Assembly: GCF_902652985.1 (NCBI RefSeq)
Contig: NC_047024.1
Span: 22,692,001-22,756,000, forward strand
Length of the DNA stretch: 64,000 bases
Direction of reading: 5' to 3'
Source of the DNA: Pecten maximus
Taxonomy: Eukaryota
Positions within the stretch are counted from its first letter, which is position 1, and every line of letters starts with the position of its first letter. Positions 54,328 through 64,000 of the stretch are shown piece after piece. The position numbers and the translations under genes are program-made. The notes beneath the pieces are model-generated. The model saw only the letters and a list, made by a program, of their open reading frames with translations, had not been told where the DNA came from and ran no database searches.

Positions 54328-56239
54328 CATAAGATTACAGTTACGCAATCTTTTTGAAATGATACTTTTTTAAAAGAAAATTTTAAACATTACTCCTGGA
54401 CTTATTTTGTATTTGTTCAACAATGGAATTGTTATACTATTTGTTTATTAAAATTTTGCTCAGCTAGAATAATGTATATCTAGTCTTTTATATCTAAGCA
54501 AAGTGATAATTTAGTGATAAATTAATGTTTGTGTAGAGAGTCTATGACTTCGGCCCTAGCATGTCAGATTCTGATAGAATGATGTCCCCTTGCTTATTTC
54601 AACATGGCGCCGAGTCCTCGGCCAATGTACCGCGTGGTCTGGCAAATCCCACCCACCCTCCCCTGTCAATTTTATTGGCATTGGCCTCTCATCCTAACCC
54701 CACAGTTGTATTACTGTCGATAGTTTTAGTATTGCTTACTGCTCGGGGGATATTACATTACATCTTAATTGTATTTACTATTTGTATTATATTTCATCCA
54801 TTTATTTTGTATTTGTTCAACAATGGAATTGTTATACTGTTTGTTTATTAAAATTTTGCCCAGCTAGATTAATGTATATCTAGTCTTTTATATCAAAGCA
54901 AATTAAATAATTATAGATAATCTAAGACTATACATAAAGTAAAACAAATCTGACAAACAATCGAGTATCACATGTACACACTGTGGGGAAAAATCAGACA
55001 TGTAGCATCATTACAGAGATTTTCATGGGTTTTTGTTTTTTTGCATATTTCTGTTTCGCCGTCTTCGATTACGGTATTGTCATTAGTCTTTACAACTAAT
55101 CATTTTTTGGTGTTCAATCGATACGAGATCTACAACTTCTTAATATTACTGTGGGTTGGTAGAACCGACATTTGTGCAATATACCTGGACTTATACCTAC
55201 AGGAACATAAAAAGATATATGCAATATGTTCCATATCACAAATTAATCAGCAGAATATCTTTGCTTTGAGGGCACTTTATGGACTATATCAAAAGCAATC
55301 GAAATTACAACCGCAAATAGGTTTCTACGTCATACTGTAGGCTATTGGAACGAACACCTATTTCCACTTGTCGTAAGTTACGTCAATAATGTGTAAAATG
55401 GTTGTTTTTTCTGAAGCCGACGTTATAGTGCTGCCTAAATGAAGTGTACTGTCGAAGGCCGCCATCAGACACCATACCTACTCACATTATAAACCAGTTG
55501 TTTCACTTTTTTTATGAACCAAAATAGCCAAGGGTGTGAATAATGTGAAAGAAGCATGTTGTGACGAACATGTTCAGATAAGCGTCCCTAACCTACTTAG
55601 ACAATACATTGGGAGACATTTTATTATCTACCGCGATTATGTACCCGATGTTTTCATTATAATTCCGATCCTCATTTTGAAATCCCTTTTGTCATGTCTG
55701 TGATCAACCTTTTATTGCCAGTATTTAATCATTAAAGCTCCGATTTCAAGTAGACTCGTTACGTCTCCAATGTATGAACTGCTTATTCGGTACAATTTCT
55801 GGGACGCTTATATTTGATTATTAACGTGTAATATGACTATAACTATTTTTTTTAACCAGTTCGTTTGATAATAATGACTTTCAGATTAGTACCGTTTACC
55901 ATTTTAGTTTGTCGTTATTCTTTCTGTAAACGTACTTCTAATCTGGTGATTGACCCTACCGGACTAAAATTCTCAATTTTAGTAATAATCATTTATACGG
56001 CATTAACATTTAAACCGTTCAAATATTCTGATTAATTTTACCGTATGCATTTATCACCCAACTGACAGAGTCAATTGAGTCAAAAAAAATAAATGCATTA
56101 GAAATTGAGACAAAATGATCTCAAGTTGTTCTTGATTTTCCAATGGTTTCGGTGTAAATGTAACTTTACATTATGTTAGCTTATTATTTTACTGATTTTT
56201 AATTAGAATTACATTTTTGGTGAAGAGTTGGTAACTTGA

Positions 56240-56385
56240 AACCCTTGTATCGGATTCGCTCTATCACAAGGTGACAAACACGAACATGCCATTGTCTCCT
56301 AAACACACACGCGTACACAACACGCATGCATCACGTGCACATGGGAGGCCGTCCTTAAATGACTATAGCTGTTGACATTAAAAAA
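56240..56385 (+). mobile_element. S1 SINE 3' fragment
   Basis: CGCTCTATCACAAGG..GGGAGGCCGTCCTTAAATGACTATAGCTGTTGAC. Confidence 0.7.
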
Positions 56386-57399
56386 GAAAAACCGACGCTT
56401 GTATCGCTTTTACTATGTCTTTTGCTTCCGCGACATTATTCTTCTTGTTTCTGGGCATCAATACAGTCTAACGCTCTCATTTTAATGATATCATATTTCG
56501 AGAAATGTCCATAAATTCTTATAAGAATACTTCAGAGGGAAAAAAGCCATCTACTTTCATTGATTTAGCCCGCAACGATGCATTTTATATGAATAGAATA
56601 GTATATCATTCTAATCCTTATCAAGAGCAATCGATGAGTCTGAGCCCTTCAGGTTTGGTTTGGTTTATTTTGTTTAACGTCCTATTAACAGCTAAGGTCA
56701 TTTAAGACCTTCAGGTACGACGTGTGAATGGTATATACTGTTCCATTGCATGAACGGTAGACGTAGTGGGCGTCTGTAAATGAATACGTACTACAATCAT
56801 AATCCAAATGTTAATCAGTCTGTCAGTACAGTGATTAGATTGTAGATAACATATTATTGTTGAATACCTGTATGCGTTGTAATCAGCTTAATTACTCGTC
56901 ATCAGCATGTAATTAATTATATACCTGGTATTATTAGCTTCTCACACGTGCAATGTAAAATCGACACTGCAAGGGTCATTATAAGAGCTTGGTATATTCG
57001 AACAACAATTCCTTCTCAGAACGTAGATATATATGAAAACAATGTATGTTTATATTTCTATTGATCTGCAGGACAAAAGGAAGGCACATCACCTTTTTGC
57101 GAGGTAAAGGGCCTGTTTCCAGTAATGTTAATTCTCCATAGGAGCCTGCCCCCGTGTAATTTCTTATCTAGCTCAACTACAGTTTTTTTCTTTTCCGAAG
57201 AATAATTTTACACCTTTCCGACAGCCAGATTTCATAATGTCAGTGAAAATGTATTTTTATAAAGTTGTCATTTTGAGCATCAAAGACATAAGGTCGTAAA
57301 TAAAAGAAGGTTATCTCGAAATTCTAATTCGCAACATAGTATAAATTTCTTTTGATAAATATTTCCAAAACATCGTGTTTATTCATAAAACATAAAACA

Positions 57400-59666
57400 A
57401 AAATTTTCTCGGATGAAAATGCACTTGCAGAGAAAAAATTATGAAGAAAAATGCCAAAAAATTGCAATTTTCTCCCGTTATATAGTTTTGGATGCAAATT
57501 CCCATCACAAAATCGGATAGAGCTTTAATTGTTTCATATGTGTACCAAAAATCAGCTAATTCCATGTGGTGGAACGTTCTCATATCGCCGCCTGAATGTG
57601 GTTGTAAATTGAAAGAAAAGGGGAAATGAGTAACAACCTTGTCTGAAACCCTATTATATAGCTTATTATATACAAAATTTTATATTGAATATCAGAGCGG
57701 ATATTTTCATGACAGTTTTATGATATCTAACGACTAAATAAACAGTATCGATATATAAAATTTCAAAGTTTTCCCCGCCAAAATTAAAAAATCGAGCAAA
57801 AATGCCTAAATGTTTTTCAGCTCCTTCATTTAAACACATACAGACTTGATATTTGTCACAACCATAGAACGTAAGAGTGGCTACAAAAGAAGTTATTTTT
57901 CACTGACCTTGAACTTCATTCAAGGTCAAATAATCAAAAAAAAAAAAAAATCAAACAAAAATTCTTTTGAATCAGGTTCTTTGTTCGTTCGTTTTTTTCC
58001 TTAAACAATCAATGCATCTTGTAGTTCATTGGCGGGGCTCACTTTTCTCTGCGATATGCTATCAGAAAATATGTCAAGGTCTAAGCGCAAGGTCAAATCA
58101 AGGTCAAAAATTCAAAATTCAAAATGAGTTAATTTTTTGACTGCATTGCAATGTGCATGAATAATGAAGACGAACAGTGCAAGTTTTATGGTCGTGCAAT
58201 ACAAAATGACGTAGAAATGGCACTTTGAAAAATGTTTGTTTTCCCGCCAAAATTCAAATTTTCCCCAAAATGCACTTAATTACCCTCTGCTCCAAAATCT
58301 TTACATACACAGATATTTTATTTGGCACAGTGATAGCATGTACGGATGCCTACAAACTTGATTGCTTTTCAATGACCTTGACCTTCGTTCAAGGTCACAG
58401 AGGTCAAATGATCAAAAATCGAAAATTTCAAATTCTCTTTAAAACGGTTAATTTTTATTGTATATTTAAGAAAACGTTTGCTTGGAGATGTTTGCAACGT
58501 TTCCAGGTCAAAACGTCAACTTTATCTCAGAAAAAATACATAGGAAAACATTTTACTGCCAAAATTAAATATTATCCTACAATTACACTTGAAATGTTTT
58601 TCCTCCAATACTCTGACACCAACAGACTTGATAATTGGCACATATAAAGCATTAATGACTGGCTACAAAAGGTATGCACATATTTGACCTTGACCTTCAA
58701 AGTTCAAGATCACAGAGAGGGTTGAAAGTCAATTGATCGGTTAAAGAAGGGAAGCGAAGCGAAAACGAAGAGAAATCGTAGGTAAAACGTACAAAAGCGT
58801 TCGTCAGAACGAGAACATGTCTGCAATCATTTTCTAGTTGGAAATCCCGTGTGTTGATCTTGATATAGTTTTGTTTGTTGTTCTGTCTATTTGTCAGCAA
58901 ATGTCTTCAACCACGGGGACTTGTGAAGTAGCCATCTTGGATTTTTTTTATGAAAAAGTGTTTCTCTCACTTTTTTTCATATCTGTGTACATATTCTCAA
59001 CATACCGAGCAAATACTCTTTTTTCGTTAATTATCTAAAGAAAGTGGAAAATCGGCAATTCAACCATAGGCTAATTCAACCCAAGATTTGAAAATGTTCC
59101 ACCACTTACATGTTGATGATTTTTTCTCTCATCAATAGCATATTACGTACTGTTTAATAGGATAAAAATTGGTTTGCATCCAACGCCCATAAAAGGGTGT
59201 ATTCTCTAAAAAAACACAGTTTTTGTGTCTAAAATGTTATCATCGAAAATGGCATTTTTGAGATTGTTTCTTCCATAAAACAGCCAAATGGCGCGATGGA
59301 AACATGATATCTTGTCACAATCATGCCATGAATGTATTCTTTACGGTGACCATCATTTGATTAGATTTTCATTAATATTTTACATAACATGCACATTTTA
59401 TCAACACTTAGACAGCTTCTGAAAGGTACAACTTTGAGGAGCCCTAAAAAACAAACCAAGTGACCTAAATCTTTATACTTTATAGATTTGTGACCACAAC
59501 GGCATGGGCAATGCACCATCAACAGGAAATTGGAATCAGAGAAGGGGCCATTTTGGAAACAGTCCCTTTTGAAATCATTTTTCAAATTTGTTCGCTAAAA
59601 TACAGAACCGTGATGTTTATAGCTTATTCTAGAGGGTTGTTCCCAGTATCGCGGGTCTTATTAGGA
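57400..59666. mobile_element. Old non-autonomous DNA-transposon-like region with degenerate long inverted repeats
   Basis: TTGGATGCAAA...GTGGTGGAACGTTCTCA (57488-57582) is inverted at 59088-59183; repeated TGACCTTGA/TCAAGGTCA and CCCGCCAAAATT motifs. Boundaries uncertain. Confidence 0.45.
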
Positions 59667-59679
59667 CAATGTTGCGAGG

Positions 59680-61952
59680 CTGTTACTAGTTGATCAGTAT
59701 TCTTCCTCTAATCCTAAATCATATTAGAGATTAATTAAGAAACTCATGAAATCAGTAGGAAATTCACAATCTATCCCAACACTTACTGACACAGCTCTGG
59801 GAAATATAGTGACAGAAGATGGTGACACAGCTACCATGTTGAATAAGTATTTTTGCTCTATAACCGATGTTGACGATAGCAACGCAGATATTCCTAAAAA
59901 AATATTAGCTCTTAAAGAGTAAACTCATTAGAAATTATAAATCTACTAAAAACTTTGAAATTAGGTTAAGCCTCGGGTCATGATGGAATAAGTCATCATA
60001 TGCTCCAATATACTGCTCAGTCAATTGCAAAGCCGCTTGAAGTAATTTTTAATTTGTCACTTTCTTCTGGTTTTATCCAAATATGTGGAAAATGGCCACA
60101 GTAATGCCATTGTTTAAAAAATGTAACAGGCACTCTACGTCTAATTATAGGCCAATATCATTATTTTCAAAAGTAGGTAAAGTTTTCGAACGTGTCATTT
60201 GAAAATATATTCATAATTATTTTATTGAAAACTCTCTATTCTACAAGTATCAATCGGGGTTTAAACAAGGTCACTCGAGTGTTCATCAGCTAATTGAAAT
60301 TTATCACAACATCTGTTTAGCATTAGAGGAGAACAAACACGCTTGTTAAGTTTTTTTTTGACATATCTAAAGCATTTGATCGTGTTTGGCATAATGATTT
60401 GTTAATTAAATCAAAATCCTATGGTATGTCAGGTGAATTACCGATATGGTAACTATCTTTCGAACAGAAAACAAAGAGTATTCATTTTAAATTCATTTTC
60501 TGACAAAGGTGTTATTAAAGCAGGAGTGCCACATGGCTCTATCCTTGGTCTCCTACTACTTTTAATTTACATTAATGATGCTGCAATCAGCTTACCGTGT
60601 TTTTGCTAAAGATACGTCACTTATGAGTACATCTTTCTCTTGTAATATACATGTAAATGAAACAAACATTAACCAAGAATTGGAATCTTTCAGTAATTGG
60701 GCAAAGAGACGGTTCGTAAAATTTAACCCCAGTAAAACAGAAGTGATTTTTATTTCGAATTCTGAAAAATTAGATGGGGATATAGAACTAAATTTTGAGA
60801 ATGAGTTCCTAAACTGTAGTAATTGCCATAGACACTTGGGAGTTACTTTCAATTTAAAAGGTAAATGGGGCGACCACATTGAAAACACCTATACATCTGT
60901 TCTAAAAAACTAAATGCTCTTAGGAAATTGAAATATATGTTTAAACGTGATACACTATTAAAGATATATACAACTTTTATCTTACGGGTTTTGGAATATG
61001 CCTGTGGGATGGGTGCAATGTGTTAGAATCCAATTTATTAGAAAAGACCCAACGTGGAGCTGCACGTATTATAACGGGTTTACCTTCATATGCTAGTAAC
61101 AATTCTTTATATTTTGAATCAGGTTTAGAGTTACTTTCTGATAGACGTAAAAGAAGAAATTACAACTACTGTACAAGATGAAAAATAATTCAACTCCAGA
61201 CTTTTTAAATTCTACATTGCCTCAAATGATTGATCGAAATACCTCGTATGTACTGAGAATTATAAATGATTTTGTTATTCCTAACTATAGGCTTTCTAGT
61301 ATACATGCTTCCTTTTTACCTTCAACTCTTCGTCTATGGAATGAACTAGATCACACTTCTAGATCTTCACCTGCATTGAGCATTTTCAAAATCTCAATTT
61401 CTCCAGGTTTAAATGCATCAAAAGCTCCTAGTTATTATGTCTTCGGCGATAGGAAAATTAATATAATTCATACGAAGTAAAGGTACCAAAACAGTTCTCT
61501 CAAATATGACTTATGTCGAGTTAACCTGGTAGAAAATGCAGAATGCACTTAAGGTAACCCTTGTGAAAATGCCTTTAATTTTTTCTTTGTTTGTCCACAT
61601 TATGATATGCAAATGCGTTTGCTTTTTCTTAGTCTTCAAAATTTAGATGTAGCTATAAACTTTGAGTTACTTCTTTCTGGAAATGAACATCTGCCCTTAG
61701 ACACAAACAAAATTATTTTCAGAAATGTGCACAGGTTTATAAAAACCAGCAATAGATTTTAAGATGTAAAAAAAAAAAAATTCCTGTACTTTCTTAGCTT
61801 TTGAATCTTCGGAGAACAATGTTACAAAAATTGCTTTCACACTCTCTTTTTACCAAATGTTGTAAATATTTTGGAAAGGACTTAATAATGTTGGTATAAC
61901 TTGTGCCAAATCCTTTTTGCTTTGATTTATGTCAATAAAAATATGTTAAAAT
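59680..61952 (+). mobile_element. 5'-truncated, decayed CR1/L2-group LINE (RT and C-terminal region) with TSD
   Basis: Frame fragments ASGHDGI, SNYRPISL, YQSGFKQGHS, DISKAFDRVWH, YLSNRKQRV, AGVPHGSILG, FAKDT (FADD equivalent), KFNPSKT, HRHLGV. 3' AATAAA near 61934. TSD CAATG(T/G)TGCGAGG at 59667-59679 and 61953-61965. Confidence 0.92.
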
Positions 61953-62424
61953 CAATGGTGCGAGGACTTTAAATACCTTTTAAACCAAAACACACTAAAA
62001 AGACAGAAGTAAAAACAAAAACAAAACAAAAACAAAAAACAATAATACTCAAACTGATTTTAGGTTTCAATTCGCTCAAAAGCTTTTAGATAATAAATGA
62101 AATAATTTTGAATCATTAATCTTAGACACGAGACCTTAAGCTGACATGATTTGCGTTTCCTGTGTGTGAGCAGGTATATAAACATGTTACTGTAAGTTGG
62201 CTGAATTTAGCAACGGATTCGTTATTTGTTATTGGGGATTCGGAAAAAGAATTCGCTGCTGGCAGCAGATTTGGGATTCAGTTCTTTATGTTTAATTGAT
62301 ATTTCTTTTTATTGACAATTTGACGTTGGGATTTGAATAACGAATTCGGATCGGGGATTCGATTCCCGAATGTAACAGAATCCCCTATCCGCTGCTGCAG
62401 CAGATTCGTTATTTGAATCCAAAT

Positions 62425-62577
62425 ATTTAAGCATTGAATTGTTTTTGTATGGTATTTATGATCTATTTGAATGCCAGAGCTTTTCAAGCAAACACCATTA
62501 TGATTTGTTTGCATGCAAAGCTCTAGCATTCAGATAGATCATAAATACCATACAAAAACAGTTCAACGCTTATATTT
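62425..62577. mobile_element. Terminal hairpin of the Crypton-like family, copy 3
   Basis: ATTTAAGCATTGAATTGTTTTTGTATGGTATTTATGATCTAT...ATAGATCATAAATACCATACAAAAACAGTTCAACGCTTATATTT; same ends as 25643-25721. Confidence 0.7.
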
Positions 62578-63289
62578 ACATTCCTTTTACTTTTTTATTG
62601 TTTAATCCGCTGCTACCTTAAGCCCGCTGTTACTGCAATCGTTCTCCCCGTGATACACCCCTAATAAGGTAACACGTGCTATGACAATTTTTCCTGATTA
62701 AATGGTATCGACCTTCAGACTGTATAAGGCGCCCCCTATTTTACATATATTCAGTACGTCGCTATTGACAGGTGGCTACAGGTGGAGCTTGGCAGCCACA
62801 GGTAAGTGTATCAGTTATCATATATATATATATATATTATAAGTTAGGGTACAAATGGCATTGTACATTAAGCCGCGTGTTCTGTCGGCTTTCGTTAAAG
62901 AGTCATTGTAAAACGTTCGGAGATGCTCTTAGTTTCTTCGCTAATGTATGCTGATAGATTTCACTAGATGTGTAGTTATTTATGTTATATTAAGGACAGT
63001 TGTGTATTAAAAGTATTTTGAGCAAGTATGATTGTTCAAGTAAAAACACATATTTTCAACGACTCGTTTCAACAATGGCCAGATTTCATTAAGAACTCCA
63101 AACGAAACGTAGGAATAAATTTTTCCTATCATCATCATCATCGGTATAGCTGCCATAAATAGGCTTCTCTCGAAAAAAGTGTCCGATTTAAATATATATA
63201 TATATACAGATATTTGTATATAGGTATTTTGTAACCGTTCCATTGCTAACTTCAAACTTGTTTTCGGTTTCAACAAAAATGACCACCAA

Positions 63290-63800
63290 CTTTAGGTCAC
63301 CTTAGCTAAAGGTTCATGGTGAGCTATTGCAATGATTTTTTGTGCGTCGAACCTTCATAATCTTCATGAAACTTTGTATGCAGCATTATATCAATAAGAT
63401 CTCGGTTTAGTTCGACTACCGGACCTATTCAATTGTAATCATGGCCCTTTGTAATTTTGTTGCCTTTGGACCTTGTGAACATGTCACTTGAAAAAGCGTG
63501 ATTGCATATAGATGAAACTTCGTATACAGCTTTATACAAATGAGATCTCAGACAGTATAACAATGGAATTGATTTGATCGTGACTTATAGATCAATTACC
63601 TTTTGTAGTTCATTAGTGGTGGGCTTTGTGAACATGCTAAATTGATTAAATATGAATGGATTTTGATGGAAAATAGTATGTAATTTTTTTATCATTAATA
63701 GGTTGGATGAGTTCTATAATGCGACTGATTTGAAGTAATTTACAGTTTTGTGAGCAGAAGTTTTGTAAATTGGAACAGATTCTGATGCAATTTGGTACAC
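63290..63800 (-). mobile_element. HINE/DINE-like element with ~160-bp-scale core repeats
   Basis: TTTAGGTCACCTTAGCTAAAGGTTCATGGTGAGCTATTG hairpin-like end followed by about 3 degenerate ATGAAACTT.GTAT.CAGC.TTA...AGATCTC units. Confidence 0.55.
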
Positions 63801-64000
63801 TGTTAGGGCTATGATGTTGGGTCAGCAGCCATAACAGTGGCCAAAGTGGTCTTTTTTTAATTTATTACCAAATGGGTTGTCTTTAAGGTAACTAAACACA
63901 GCACATGGTTTTGGTTAAATTGGTTCGAGGGCAAAATTCTACTGTTCCTGTGAGAGGTCCTTTGTGTGGATGTGTACAAAGGCACCACGGACGCTGCTTT

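Larger units (their letters stand above)
50407..54901 (+). mobile_element. Ngaro-type tyrosine-recombinase (DIRS-order) retrotransposon, full length, decayed
   Basis: Split direct repeats A1 50407-50551, B1 54402-54501, A2 54502-54647, B2 54802-54901. Order is gag, RT, RNase H, YR, with no methyltransferase domain between RNase H and YR. Confidence 0.92.

Noticed and set aside
54561-54851. Extra hydrophobic 96-aa ORF in the Ngaro 3' region
   Set aside because: It spans repeat A2, the T-rich spacer and B2; hydrophobicity follows from T-richness, and the A1 copy differs by an indel.

Overview
AT-rich, repeat-dense animal genomic DNA with GT-AG introns. The repeat types suggest a bivalve mollusc, but that is inference. 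The left third holds two convergent SLC6 (neurotransmitter:sodium symporter, amino-acid type) paralogues: the last four exons of one on + (98-1689) and a complete 13-exon, 709-aa gene on - (22261-12431). The rest is mostly transposon-derived: many tRNA-type SINE copies, MITEs and foldbacks, Helentron-associated-like elements, satellites, a decayed Ngaro-type tyrosine-recombinase retrotransposon with intact split direct repeats (50407-54901) and a 5'-truncated CR1/L2-group LINE with a TSD (59680-61952). The most unexpected item is a compact, intact 4-exon gene (45783-46902, 205 aa) that the ORF track misses, inside a ~2.4-kb block interrupting a satellite. It predicts a signal peptide, a short ectodomain, one TM helix and a cytoplasmic Cys-rich tail with a P2X7-ballast/KolX-like motif. 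A TG..CA-bounded, tRNA-containing LTR-like unit lies next to it. A family of terminal-hairpin plus short-inverted-repeat elements with shared asymmetric ends also recurs. All assignments come from manual reading; no searches were run.
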